A stretch of 35,025 bases of DNA, taken from the IMG/VR virus record IMGVR_UViG_3300044709_000203, positions 1 through 35,025 of that record; one strand, written 5' to 3'. A model generated the notes under the pieces. It saw only the letters and a program-made list of their open reading frames with translations, did no database searches and was not told the origin of the DNA. Below are positions 7,690 to 16,726 of this stretch, one piece after another. The stretch comes from a virus (taxonomy: Duplodnaviria > Caudoviricetes). The first letter of the stretch is position 1. Each line of letters begins with the position of its first letter. The translations under genes were made by a program, and so were the position numbers.

Positions 7690-8337
7690 CTATCGTTCGA
7701 CGACGAGGATCGCGTTCAACCGATCGACCGGCGGCGTCACCGGGACGAGACGTGCCTCGCCGCCGGCGAGCGAGCCGATCCATCTGAGCGCGCTCCGATA
7801 CTCGTGTGCCCATTCGCGATACCCCGATGCGTTCTGGACGGGCGTCCCCACGCGGCCCTCGAGCGTCATCGGCTCCGCGAGAATGACGGCGCGCGTCGCG
7901 AGCCGACCCATCTCGTAGAGCGCCAGGTCGAGATCCGCCGGCGCGACATACGCCAAGCTGTAACAACTCAACACCACGTCGAACGATCCCGACGCGAGCG
8001 ACGCAGTGCCATCCGGGAACCGACACGCATTCAGCTGGACGCGGTCGCTGAGCGCCTTGTCCCGCAGCCAGCGCCGGCCGGCCATGATCGCGTCAACATT
8101 CACGTCGATGCCCGCGGCCCGCAGCTGCGGATCCGCCTCGGCGAGCTTCACGAGGTTCGGGCCGCAGTGGCAGCCGACCTCGAAGAGGGTCTCGACCTGC
8201 AGCTCGCGGACAATCGACGCGATGACGGTTCGGTGCCGCGCGGCGAGACTCTTCTGGTAGTTCGCGACCCACTGCCCCGCCTGGCCATCGCGCGGCCGCG
8301 CCCACCAGTTCGCCGCTTCCTGACTCGCGACGTGCAT
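7690..8337 (-). CDS. Class I SAM-dependent methyltransferase
   Basis: LFEVGCHCGPNL (motif I), AGIDVN, SFDVVLSCYSLAYV, VILAEP; start ATG 8337 overlaps the upstream TAA. Confidence 0.85.
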   Translation of the reverse strand: MHVASQEAANWWARPRDGQAGQWVANYQKSLAARHRTVIASIVRELQVETLFEVGCHCGPNLVKLAEADPQLRAAGIDVNVDAIMAGRRWLRDKALSDRVQLNACRFPDGTASLASGSFDVVLSCYSLAYVAPADLDLALYEMGRLATRAVILAEPMTLEGRVGTPVQNASGYREWAHEYRSALRWIGSLAGGEARLVPVTPPVDRLNAILVVER

Positions 8338-9116
8338 TACGTCACCACCGGTGTCGGCGCGCCGCGCTCGCTGAACTCGCGCAGCTTCAGCACGTTGTCG
8401 TACGCCTGGATGGCGCCGTCGATCGTGTTGAGCGTCGCGACGGTTTCGGCGTGCTTCTTCTCCATCAGGGCTTTGTGCTTCGTAATCGTCTCGATGAAGT
8501 CGCCGCGGCCGCCGACCGGCGCCTCGAAGCCGTAGAGATGCCCGGACTTCAGGAGCGCAGCGCCTTCGGCGATGACCACGGTCCGACCCATCCCGCGTGC
8601 GAGGCCGATCAGGTACTCGGTGTTCGGCCGCTGGTTCGGGTACTCGACGTCCGAAGCGAGATCGATCCCGTAGAGGCCGATCCACTCGTAGCCCTCGGCG
8701 ATCGCGAGCGCGAGCATGTAGCCGATCGTCGATGTGAAGTACCGACCGAACGTGGCGATCATCTGCTCGAGCGGATACGTCACCGCAGCCGGGAAACGCC
8801 CGTCGCAGAACTGCGGCTGCATGTAGATCGGTTTGCCCGGCTCCTGCCGCGACAACCACTCGAGATGCCGCTTCTGCTCGCCCTCGCTCAGATCCCGCTT
8901 CGTGACGCCGAGCGTGGCGTCGTCGTGGAGCTCGAACCAGCGATTCCATCGCGGGATGTATTTCCAGAGTTCGTTCAAGGCCCAGATCTCAACCGACGGA
9001 TCGGCGAACGGGGCCTGCTTCCAGCTCTCGGCAAAGCCGACGAGCGCGACCTTTTTGCCGCGACCCTCCTGGGGTTCGTGAGTGGTCTGGCCCTCGCGGG
9101 GCTCCTCATGCGTCAT
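8337..9116 (-). CDS. Putative Maf/DUF115/GT29-like (sialyltransferase-fold) transferase
   Basis: KKVALVG..S...EIWALN near the N-terminus and TSTIGYMLALAIAEGYEWIGLYGIDL later, a layout resembling sialyl-motif-containing and Maf-like Rossmann proteins; C-terminal coiled coil. Confidence 0.55.
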   Translation of the reverse strand: MTHEEPREGQTTHEPQEGRGKKVALVGFAESWKQAPFADPSVEIWALNELWKYIPRWNRWFELHDDATLGVTKRDLSEGEQKRHLEWLSRQEPGKPIYMQPQFCDGRFPAAVTYPLEQMIATFGRYFTSTIGYMLALAIAEGYEWIGLYGIDLASDVEYPNQRPNTEYLIGLARGMGRTVVIAEGAALLKSGHLYGFEAPVGGRGDFIETITKHKALMEKKHAETVATLNTIDGAIQAYDNVLKLREFSERGAPTPVVT

Positions 9117-9145
9117 GTGATCTCTCGCTCCTTCTGAATCCCGAG

Positions 9146-9421
9146 TTACGTCGTTTCGTTCATGCGCAGCACGTCGACGACGATGCTGCCGGTCGATGTC
9201 CCGTAGAGCGCGTCCCACGGCTGCAGCGTGATCTGCAGCGGGATGTCGCCCGTCGAGAGCTGGTACCCGCTGGTCGTCACGCCGGAGCTACCGAGGTACA
9301 CGTTCGCGGCGCCGCGGTTGCGCACGATCACGCGCAACGATCCGAAGCCGGGCCCGCCTGGGACGTTCGCGATCGCCGTCGGACTCGTGGTCAGCGCGAT
9401 GGTCAAGCCCTGGACGGCCAT
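9146..9421 (-). CDS. Small beta-sandwich virion decoration-like protein
   Basis: LRVIVRNRGAANVYLG..GVT..GYQL..G...ALYG pattern; AAGGAG RBS. Confidence 0.6.
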   Translation of the reverse strand: MAVQGLTIALTTSPTAIANVPGGPGFGSLRVIVRNRGAANVYLGSSGVTTSGYQLSTGDIPLQITLQPWDALYGTSTGSIVVDVLRMNETT

Positions 9422-9424
9422 CGC

Positions 9425-9577
9425 CTACTCCTTCTTCGCTTTCGCCGACGTCGGCGCCGGCGCCGCCGCTTCGGCATAGCCGGTGCGAATCAATCGCTCC
9501 GCTTTCTCGTCCTTCAGCTCGAGGATCGCCCCGGCGGCATCGTTGGCCACCGAAGCGAGTAGTCGCACTCGCATCAT
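9425..9577 (-). CDS. Small post-capsid protein (50 aa)
   Basis: Not in the track: MMRVRLLASVANDAAGAILELKDEKAERLIRTGYAEAAAPAPTSAKAKKE; GGAG RBS; typical small gene after a capsid gene. Confidence 0.65.
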   Translation of the reverse strand: MMRVRLLASVANDAAGAILELKDEKAERLIRTGYAEAAAPAPTSAKAKKE

Positions 9578-9589
9578 GTCGTCTCCCAT

Positions 9590-9628
9590 CGACGGCGCCG
9601 AACGCTGTGCAGCGATTCGGCGCCGTCG
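9590..9628 (-). terminator. Intergenic hairpin
   Basis: CGACGGCGCCGAA-CGCTG/CAGCG-TTCGGCGCCGTCG stem without a U-run; could be a stabiliser or processing site. Confidence 0.45.
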
Positions 9629-9640
9629 TCCGAGAAGGTG

Positions 9641-10144
9641 TTACTGCGCCGGCAGTTCGTCGGCGCCGCCGAAGACGATCGCCACGCCGACGGCGACCGA
9701 TTCGCCGCTGGAGCTCGTGGCGAGTGTGATCGGCGGAATCTGGACGCGCAGCCATCGCTTCGCGCCGTTCAGATTCACGGACTGCTCGACTTCGAACGGC
9801 TCGCCGCCGGTCGTGTTCTTCGAGTTGCCGGCCGACGTCGCGCCGACGGTGACGGTCGCCGGCACGGTGCCGGTCGAGTAACTCGTCCACGGGCCGCCGG
9901 ACGAATCGGCGTGCTGGAAGTTGAGGCTGACGCCGGCGGTCAGCTGCGACGACGAGCCGGTGAACAACCCGGCGACGATCGCTTTGCAGCTGTAGTACTG
10001 CCGCTGGCCGGCGAGCTGGCGATCGATGGCGACGCCGTCCTGCGTCGTGGGCGCCGCGGCTGACGATCCGAGAATGGTGGCGACCAGGGCGCTCTTGCCC
10101 TTGATCACCGCGCCGATGTTGAAGCTGTACGAGAGACTGCTCAT
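9641..10144 (-). CDS. Putative capsid cement/decoration protein
   Basis: Immediately after the capsid gene; DGVAIDR...FQHADSSGGPW...KRWLRV...IVFGGADELP pattern; AGGAG RBS. Confidence 0.6.
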   Translation of the reverse strand: MSSLSYSFNIGAVIKGKSALVATILGSSAAAPTTQDGVAIDRQLAGQRQYYSCKAIVAGLFTGSSSQLTAGVSLNFQHADSSGGPWTSYSTGTVPATVTVGATSAGNSKNTTGGEPFEVEQSVNLNGAKRWLRVQIPPITLATSSSGESVAVGVAIVFGGADELPAQ

Positions 10145-10181
10145 GATCTGAACTCCTGCCTCAAAAAACGGTGAATCGCGA

Positions 10182-10208
10182 CAGGGCCGATGCCAGGCAT
10201 CAGCCCTG
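10182..10208 (-). terminator. Hairpin downstream of the major capsid gene
   Basis: CAGGGCCGATGC-CAG-GCATCAGCCCTG; a T6 run lies 13 nt further along the minus strand. Confidence 0.5.
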
Positions 10209-10223
10209 CGTGGTCAACTGCGA

Positions 10224-11579
10224 TTACGCGCCGTAGGTGACCGCCTCGATCACGGCCGCACTGGACGCGTGACGCATCGCGAAGTCGGTCTTGCGGATCA
10301 ACCGCACGACGGACTCATCGCGGCTCACGCCCGAACGGAGCGTGCCCGACGCATCCGCGTAGGTCGCGTTCTCGATGATCTCGAGTTCGAGCGTCGCCGA
10401 GTCGCCGATGAAGCACTCGCTCATCTCGACGTAGTAGTGTTCCGTCGCGTTGGCGCCGCCGCCGAGCGTGATCGGAATGTTGTTGTCGCGATAGACGCGC
10501 CCGCCGCCGAGCGTGGCGCCGTCGTCCTGCTGCATCTGGGGGAATGCGAAGTTGCTGTTCCCGTCGACGAGGTCCCAGCCCATGTACTCCGCGCTGCGCG
10601 AGTGCAGGAACCACGCGCGCCGCACGAGCGGCGAGTTGGCGTTGTTGACCTTGTTCTTCGCCGTCCGGATGTCGGTGCGGACGTTGGCGAGCGTGGTGCC
10701 GGCGGAATTGGCTCGGCCGGCGGCGCCGACCCAGTTGTAGATTCCCTTCGGCTGCCCGGCGAGGCCCGTGCCGCGCAGGAACGCGACGTCCTCGTCGTTC
10801 GCGGCCACGCGGATCATGTCGTCGCGCACGACGCGCTCGGTGTCGAGGCTCGAGTTGCGACGCAAGTCGTTGCTGATCGGCACGAGCACCATGTACTTCT
10901 TCTCGACCAGCTTCACTTGGCCGGTGCTCATGTCGTTCGGCGTGGCGTTGTCGCCTTCGGATCCCATCCACGTGCCGCTGGCGCCGCCCGTGAGCTTCGG
11001 GATGGTGGCGGATCCGTTCACGAGCGTGATCGAGCGCGCGCCGGCGCGACGCACCTGGGCGGTCGCGCGCAGCAACTCGATGAATTCGGCGCCGACGAAG
11101 TTCTCGGCGATGAACGCGCCGCCGGACGTGAAGACCGACTGCTGCATCGCGCGGCATTGCGGCGAGTTCTCGCCGTAAGTCTGACGCGCCCACTTCACGG
11201 CTTCGGGCTGTTGCCACGCGCCGAAGCGCATGCGCGCCGCAACGATGGCACCGAGCGCATCGCCCTTCTCGTACGCGGGAGCGCGATCGCGGACTGTGGG
11301 ATGCTGCGGCGGGTCGTTCGGATCCGCTGCCGCCTGTGACGCCGGCACCTCGTACCGCTTTGCGTCGTCGACGGCCTTGCGCGCCGCCTTCGCGCGCGCG
11401 GTGGCGGCGAGGTCCTCTTCGATGCGTTTCGCTTCGGCCAGATGCGATTTGACCTCGGCGTCTTCCTCCGGAGTCAGCCCGCGACCCTCTTCCTCGGACA
11501 CGGCGACGATGCGATCGGCGGCGTCGAGCGCCGCTTGGCGTCGCGCCTTCAGGTCCTTGTCGTTATCCACTTGCGGCAT
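10224..11579 (-). CDS. HK97-fold major capsid protein with N-terminal coiled-coil (delta) domain
   Basis: Position after portal and protease; GGAFIAE..FIELLR, VPISNDL, AFLRGTG..GQPKGI, DFAMRH motifs; GAGG RBS before ATG 11579. Confidence 0.93.
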   Translation of the reverse strand: MPQVDNDKDLKARRQAALDAADRIVAVSEEEGRGLTPEEDAEVKSHLAEAKRIEEDLAATARAKAARKAVDDAKRYEVPASQAAADPNDPPQHPTVRDRAPAYEKGDALGAIVAARMRFGAWQQPEAVKWARQTYGENSPQCRAMQQSVFTSGGAFIAENFVGAEFIELLRATAQVRRAGARSITLVNGSATIPKLTGGASGTWMGSEGDNATPNDMSTGQVKLVEKKYMVLVPISNDLRRNSSLDTERVVRDDMIRVAANDEDVAFLRGTGLAGQPKGIYNWVGAAGRANSAGTTLANVRTDIRTAKNKVNNANSPLVRRAWFLHSRSAEYMGWDLVDGNSNFAFPQMQQDDGATLGGGRVYRDNNIPITLGGGANATEHYYVEMSECFIGDSATLELEIIENATYADASGTLRSGVSRDESVVRLIRKTDFAMRHASSAAVIEAVTYGA

Positions 11580-11609
11580 GGCCACCTCTCGGGGGCCAGC
11601 CCACAAAGG

Positions 11610-11699
11610 AAAAGGCCCCATCACTGCGCTCCGGGCCTCTTGCGCGTGATGGGGCCTCTCCGAAATCTGACGGCCTCTCAGGGCCTGTCCTACTGGTGT
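11610..11699 (-). promoter_or_regulatory. Structured capsid-gene leader / attenuator-like hairpin with AGGCC repeats (copy B)
   Basis: Perfect 12-bp stem AGGCCCCATCAC/GTGATGGGGCCT followed by UUUU on the minus strand; four AGGCC motifs; lies between the Com-like gene and the capsid gene. Confidence 0.62.
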
Positions 11700-11717
11700 C
11701 CGACGGCGCGTGTTACG

Positions 11718-11900
11718 TCACGTCGAGACTCCGATCCGATAGTTCATGAAGTCGCACTTCGAGCATTTCACCTCGACGACCTTGCCCGGCCTCAGCGCCG
11801 CGATGTCGATACGCAGCAGCATGCGACCGCAGCCGTTGCAGCGCATCGCCTCGAGGCTGCGCAGCTGCCCGTCGCGAATCGCCGGCGCTACGGACGCCAC
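11718..11900 (-). CDS. Mu Com-like zinc-ribbon protein
   Basis: MRCNGCGRMLL...VEVKCSKCDFMN (two CxxC pairs with Com-family spacing). Confidence 0.78.
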   Translation of the reverse strand: MASVAPAIRDGQLRSLEAMRCNGCGRMLLRIDIAALRPGKVVEVKCSKCDFMNYRIGVST

Positions 11901-12592
11901 GCCTTCGCCTTGTTCACGGCTTCACGGGCTTCCTCGCGCCGCTGCTTTCCAGCATCATCATCGACGACGGGAGTCGTCGCGGTCCGTTGCGCCGCGGCAT
12001 CAGCCGGCTGCTGCTGCACAGCCGCCGCCTTCGCGGCCGCCGCTTTGTCGGCGCCGCCCAATTCTCCAGCGATGTTCTTGCTCCGCGCGCTGACGGTGGT
12101 CTCTTCGTACGCCGGAAACGTCACGGGCCCGACGTCATACACGCGCGCACGCTTGATCGTGCGCAATGGTAGTTTCGCGGGATCGTCACGCGTCCACGTT
12201 TCGTCGTCGTCGTTCTCGACTGTGAAGGAAAAGCTGCTGCCGGTGACATCGCGGCGCTTGATCTTGGCGCCCACCGACATCGCCTCGGGATCGTCGGGAT
12301 TCAGCCGCGCCACATAGAGGAGGCCGGTTTTGTCCTCGCTGACGTCAGCGGTGCGCGCGGCATTGCGACCCAGCACGTAATTGGGACTGTGATTGAACAG
12401 CACGCGGATGTCGTCGTCTTGGACCGTGTCGCTGAACGCGCCCGGGGCAATCACTTCGCGAAAGTAGTCGCCGATCACGGTCTCGACGCCGTAGAGCGCG
12501 CCGTACCCCTCGATCGACGGCGACGCGCCGTCTTTCGCGCGCACCTCGATCAGGGCCGAGGTCACCATGCGGCGTTCGATTTCGCGTGCCAT
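11888..12592 (-). CDS. HK97-family prohead protease
   Basis: IEGYGALY, FREVIAPGAF, LFNH, GSSFSF, DVGPVTFPAY; AGGAG RBS upstream of ATG 12592. Confidence 0.93.
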   Translation of the reverse strand: MAREIERRMVTSALIEVRAKDGASPSIEGYGALYGVETVIGDYFREVIAPGAFSDTVQDDDIRVLFNHSPNYVLGRNAARTADVSEDKTGLLYVARLNPDDPEAMSVGAKIKRRDVTGSSFSFTVENDDDETWTRDDPAKLPLRTIKRARVYDVGPVTFPAYEETTVSARSKNIAGELGGADKAAAAKAAAVQQQPADAAAQRTATTPVVDDDAGKQRREEAREAVNKAKAWRP

Positions 12593-12594
12593 CG

Positions 12595-13926
12595 CTACAT
12601 CACTCCTTCGGGTTCGGAGACGGTCGGTTTCGGCGCCGGCGTCGGCTCCGGCTCCGTCACGACAGGCAGACCATTGCCCGTCACCGGCGCGTAGTTCTGC
12701 GGCATCCAGAACACCTGGCCGGCGCCGCCGTCGATCGGATTGAGGTCCTCGAGCTCGCGGATCTCGTCGCCGTTCAACCAGCCGTTCTGACGCGCCACCG
12801 CGTACGCATCGAATCGCGTCTTGATGTCGCCGCGCACGAGCGCGTTCACCACGAACAGCGCCGTGTGCGTATTGAAACTCTTGCGGCTGAGGAGATCGCG
12901 CGCGATGACCTGTTGCCACAGCTGAAACCACGGCATCATCGTGATGTTCAGGAACCCCCGCATCTGTTGCTCGATCCCGGATCCCCAGCTCGTGTCCTTC
13001 GTTTGGTTCTGGATCATGAACAGCGGCACGCGATAGATCCGAGCTGCCGATTCGACTTGCGCGCCGCGCAGCTTATCGAGCTGCGATTTCTCCGGGTCGA
13101 CGCCGACGACGTGAATCTGAATGCCTTCTTCGAGGATCGCGAACTTGTTGGCTTTCTTCGCGCCCATAAACTTCTCGAGCCAGGAGCGCCGGATGTTTTC
13201 CTTGGCCGCCGGCGTGAGCGTTTTGGGATGCGTCGCGATGATGCCGGGAATCGCCCCGTTGCCGAACCAGGCGCCGACGTAGTCCTCGGCCGCCTTCGTG
13301 ATCCCGAGCGACTCGCGATTGATCAGGAGCGGCGATCGCCCGTCAAGACCGTCGTCGCTGTTGATGTGGAGGTGCAGGATGTCCGGACGATCCGGGTTGT
13401 GCTCCCACACCTGATAATCGCCGCGTCCCATCCAGTACGAGAACACCTTGCGGCCGAGCGCGTTCCGTTCGACGAACATCCGCGCCGGGTGCAGCGGCCA
13501 GAGCGCGGTCACATCGCCGCGCCGATCGCGCTGAATCTGCGCATACGCGCGGCCCCAGCCAGCGGTATGGCGCGTCAGGATTTCTTTCCCCTGGTACGCG
13601 GTCAGCTCGGGGTTGAACGCGTCGTGCAGGAGGTAATAGAGCGGGTGCTCGACGTCCGGCTGCTTGCCGCCCTCTGGCAGCAGACGATTGATCTTGGTCG
13701 GCAGCTGGCCCACCGTCTCGCTGAGCACGCGCTGGCAGGCGTAAATCGCTGGCAGGCCTTCAGCGATCGGCACGCTGATGTCGACGCCGGCGGTGGTCTT
13801 CCCGCCGTTCAGCAACGACGTCAGCCACGATGCGGGATTCGTGAGCGTCCCGCCGTTGTCGTACTCGCCGCTGTTGGCGGGCACGATGTGATCACGCCGT
13901 TCGAAGAATGAAGCCAGGCGTCCCAT
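12595..13926 (-). CDS. HK97-family portal protein
   Basis: AIYACQRVLSETVGQLP, GLDGRSP, FGNGAIPG, ILEEG, ARIYRVP, NEIR-like GDEIRELEDL. Confidence 0.95.
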   Translation of the reverse strand: MGRLASFFERRDHIVPANSGEYDNGGTLTNPASWLTSLLNGGKTTAGVDISVPIAEGLPAIYACQRVLSETVGQLPTKINRLLPEGGKQPDVEHPLYYLLHDAFNPELTAYQGKEILTRHTAGWGRAYAQIQRDRRGDVTALWPLHPARMFVERNALGRKVFSYWMGRGDYQVWEHNPDRPDILHLHINSDDGLDGRSPLLINRESLGITKAAEDYVGAWFGNGAIPGIIATHPKTLTPAAKENIRRSWLEKFMGAKKANKFAILEEGIQIHVVGVDPEKSQLDKLRGAQVESAARIYRVPLFMIQNQTKDTSWGSGIEQQMRGFLNITMMPWFQLWQQVIARDLLSRKSFNTHTALFVVNALVRGDIKTRFDAYAVARQNGWLNGDEIRELEDLNPIDGGAGQVFWMPQNYAPVTGNGLPVVTEPEPTPAPKPTVSEPEGVM

Positions 13927-14081
13927 CAGGACTTCTTCACCTCGACTCGTTGCTGCAGCCGCGCGCCGGCGCCGAATAGCACGGCACCACTCACGATCAA
14001 GGCGCAACCGAGTCCGAACACACGGCCAACGCCGGCGACGAACAATCCAAAGCCGATGAGAACCAATAGATCGGCAGCCAT
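13926..14081 (-). CDS. Small two-helix membrane protein between TerL and portal
   Basis: Not in the track: MAADLLVLIGFGLFVAGVGRVFGLGCALIVSGAVLFGAGARLQQRVEVKKS; TGATG overlaps at both ends. Confidence 0.7.
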   Translation of the reverse strand: MAADLLVLIGFGLFVAGVGRVFGLGCALIVSGAVLFGAGARLQQRVEVKKS

Positions 14082-15889
14082 CAGACCGTGAAGATCTCCG
14101 CGCCTTCGGCTTCGTAAATTGATCGACCGCCCGACGGATTGCGCACGATGGCCTGATCGATTGCCATGATCAGCGCGACGATGCCGTCGATCTTTTCGCC
14201 GGCCGCGTCTTTGTCAGGGCGGATCTCTTTGTTGCGGCCATGGCGCACGACGAAGTTCGATGCCATCCAGGACAGAATCGCGTTGCCGCCGCACAGGAAC
14301 AGCGCCTCGGCGATCAGCTCGAGCGTCCGCTTCGTCGCTTCGTTCAACTGAAAACCCTGCGGCGTTGGCACGACGTCGATGCCGCGGCCCTGGAGGTACT
14401 GCGCCATCTGATGCGCGAAGCGCGGGTCATACGCCAGCGAGCGCACACCGGACTCGAGGCAGTCCTGCTCCACGGCCTCCTGGACCGCGGCATAGTCGGT
14501 CGTGTCGCCTTCGGTCACCTCGAGCAGGCCGGCGCGGCGCCATTCGTCGTACGGCCGATTCGGGTATTTCTCGAGCGCCGCCTGCGGCAGCCAAAAGCGG
14601 CACTTCACGGGGATTCGGCCGTCATCGAGAATCCAAATCCGGATGGATGCGCACAAGTCATCGCTCTGTCCGAGGTCGAGGCCCGCGAAGCAGGGCGCGT
14701 CAACGAGCTCCGCGTCCGAGACGGTGCCCTGGCACAGCGCCCATTTCGCCTGGTCGATCGCGCGCGTGTGCGCGTTCGTCCAGACGCAGAAATTCAGGCG
14801 GAGCACCGTATTGGTCTCGGATGGAATGTTCTTGGCGTTCTCGACCTGGCGCCGGAGGTACTCGGGCGTGATCGTGACGCCGAGCAGCGGATTCGCTTTG
14901 ATCCAGCACGACTCATCGACGAGCGGATCGTCGCCCTCGTCGAGCGCGCAGACATACGCGAAGAAGCGATCGTCGACGACCGTCTGCTGGAGCACGCGTT
15001 CGGCGTGCTGATGCAGCTGCCACGCGATGGACGTGCGATCGAAGCCGCTGTTCGTGATTTTGACGGCGAGCGGCTGCTTGCGGAATTTGAAGCCGGCCTG
15101 CAGCTTGTTGATCGTGTCGGCCGACGGATGCTCATGGACCTCGTCGATGAGCGCCATGTGCGGCCGCTTCCCGGACTTCGATCCCTGGTTCCGCGAGTAG
15201 GGCCGGAAAAACGACTTCGTCGCCGCGTACGAGATGGTGCCGATCCCGCGCGGTTCGCCGGCCGGCGTGCGCTTCAGCAGCTCGCAGAGCTCGGGTGACA
15301 CGTCGACCATGCGTTCGGCATCGCGCATGAGAATCGCCGCCTGGTCGAGATCGACGGCGGCCGGATAAATCTCCGCCGCGTACTCGTTGTCGACCACCAG
15401 GCCGTAGAGCCCGAGCCCCGCGACAGTCGGCGTCTTCGCGTTGCCCTTGCCCATCTCGATGTAGGAATCGCGAAACCGGCGATAGCCGTCAGTACCGAGC
15501 CAGCCCGTCAGCGCGCCGACGATGAACGTGAGCGCCGGCTCGAGCAGAAACGGCTTCGGATTGCCGGCCTCATCGAGCGTGTCCGGGAGCCGCAGCACAT
15601 GCTCGAAGAACCCGATCGCGACGTCGGCCGCGTCCGCGCTGAACGACCAGCCTCCTGGATGGCGCGTCGGCGATGCGGCCAGCGCACGGTCGCGGAGATG
15701 TCGCTCGCAGGCGAGACGCACCCACGGCCCAGCGACGATCGGCTCGCCGGCGGTGGCATCGCCGAGCACACGTCGCGCATACAGATCGACGCGGTGGCCG
15801 AACGGCGCCCAGATGCTAGGCGCCGAATCGGACGACGCGCGCTTTCTGCTGGAGCGCGGCGAGCGAGTTCTTGGGCTGCTGTGGTTCAT
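14081..15889 (-). CDS. terL: Terminase large subunit (HK97/Terminase_1 type)
   Basis: RRFR, Walker A-like MGKGNAKT, Walker B ALIDEVHEH, WIKANP, nuclease GLDLG, KIDGIVALIMA. Confidence 0.95.
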   Translation of the reverse strand: MNHSSPRTRSPRSSRKRASSDSAPSIWAPFGHRVDLYARRVLGDATAGEPIVAGPWVRLACERHLRDRALAASPTRHPGGWSFSADAADVAIGFFEHVLRLPDTLDEAGNPKPFLLEPALTFIVGALTGWLGTDGYRRFRDSYIEMGKGNAKTPTVAGLGLYGLVVDNEYAAEIYPAAVDLDQAAILMRDAERMVDVSPELCELLKRTPAGEPRGIGTISYAATKSFFRPYSRNQGSKSGKRPHMALIDEVHEHPSADTINKLQAGFKFRKQPLAVKITNSGFDRTSIAWQLHQHAERVLQQTVVDDRFFAYVCALDEGDDPLVDESCWIKANPLLGVTITPEYLRRQVENAKNIPSETNTVLRLNFCVWTNAHTRAIDQAKWALCQGTVSDAELVDAPCFAGLDLGQSDDLCASIRIWILDDGRIPVKCRFWLPQAALEKYPNRPYDEWRRAGLLEVTEGDTTDYAAVQEAVEQDCLESGVRSLAYDPRFAHQMAQYLQGRGIDVVPTPQGFQLNEATKRTLELIAEALFLCGGNAILSWMASNFVVRHGRNKEIRPDKDAAGEKIDGIVALIMAIDQAIVRNPSGGRSIYEAEGAEIFTV

Positions 15890-16391
15890 CCGTTCCGTTC
15901 GTCCGTACCCGACTGCGCGACGCCGGCGTCAAGCCAAACTCCACGAGGTACTGCCGGAGCGCCATGTGTCCCTGCCGCAACTGCACGCGCTGTTTCGATG
16001 CGAGCTGCTCGAGCGTCACGATCCGATCGATCGCGCCGAACAACGATTCGCCCGTCAGCCGCTTCGCTTCGTTCTTTAACTCCGCGGCGAGGCTCAGCAG
16101 CTCGCTGTCCTTCGCCTTGATCGCCTGCGTCTCCGCGAACAACTGCACGTACTCGAACAGTGCCGCGTCGTCGACGATCGACAAGGTCTGCGACTGCTCG
16201 AGTCGCGTGACCATCCGGTCCCATTCGGCCTGTTCGACGTCCGTCAACGGCGCCGGCGGCCGCGGGATGCCCTTCGGCGGCTCCGGGTTCGTGATGCCCT
16301 CGTGCCGCGTCCGGTTGAACGTGCCTTCCAGCTGGTGCTGCTCGACGTGTTTCGCGTTCCGGCCGCCCGACCGGCCCTTCACGCCAGCCAT
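15816..16391 (-). CDS. terS: Terminase small subunit (P27 family)
   Basis: MAGVKGRSGG.., PP..L...EWDR, C-terminal EFGLTPASRSRV; directly upstream of TerL. Confidence 0.92.
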   Translation of the reverse strand: MAGVKGRSGGRNAKHVEQHQLEGTFNRTRHEGITNPEPPKGIPRPPAPLTDVEQAEWDRMVTRLEQSQTLSIVDDAALFEYVQLFAETQAIKAKDSELLSLAAELKNEAKRLTGESLFGAIDRIVTLEQLASKQRVQLRQGHMALRQYLVEFGLTPASRSRVRTNGTDEPQQPKNSLAALQQKARVVRFGA

Positions 16392-16433
16392 CGCGTTCGC
16401 TGCACTCCCCCGGCAAAGTCATTCGCCGCCGAA

Positions 16434-16515
16434 TTTCATTCGCTGCAACGCCACGAAAATGCCTGCGGCGCGGTCCGCGCGCCCCGGCGTGGGGACTTTT
16501 GATCCCCCCTACCCC
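16434..16515 (-). other. cos-like packaging site of the main phage
   Basis: Minus strand GGGGTAGGGGGGATCAAAAGTCCCC...GCGCGGACCGCGCC...AATGAAA between HNH and TerS, the canonical cos position in HK97-like phages. Confidence 0.68.
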
Positions 16516-16670
16516 TCCGCGTCGACGTCGCTGTCGCGCGGTGCGCTCGTCTCATCGCGCTCATCGCTCGTCGTGCAGGCTGGGCACGTCCACCGCACCA
16601 CACGTAAAGCTCGAAGGAAGCGCGCGTCGTTGTAATTGAGGTGCAGCGGATGACGGCAGCCGCTGCTCAT
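16509..16670 (-). CDS. Small hypothetical protein (53 aa, CxxC)
   Basis: MSSGCRHPLHLNYNDARFLRALRVVRWTCPAC...; not in the track. Confidence 0.35.
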   Translation of the reverse strand: MSSGCRHPLHLNYNDARFLRALRVVRWTCPACTTSDERDETSAPRDSDVDAEG

Positions 16671-16726
16671 CTCTTAATCGAGAATCACGACCAGCGATTC
16701 GAGCAGTCTCCACAACAGGTCAGCCA

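Noticed and set aside
13926-14081. Holin
   Set aside because: Small two-TM genes between TerL and portal are common, and no endolysin is adjacent.
15430-15456. Inactivated TerL because Walker A reads GKGNAKT
   Set aside because: Lys-Thr, Walker B and the nuclease motifs are intact; a single G-to-A change is not enough evidence.
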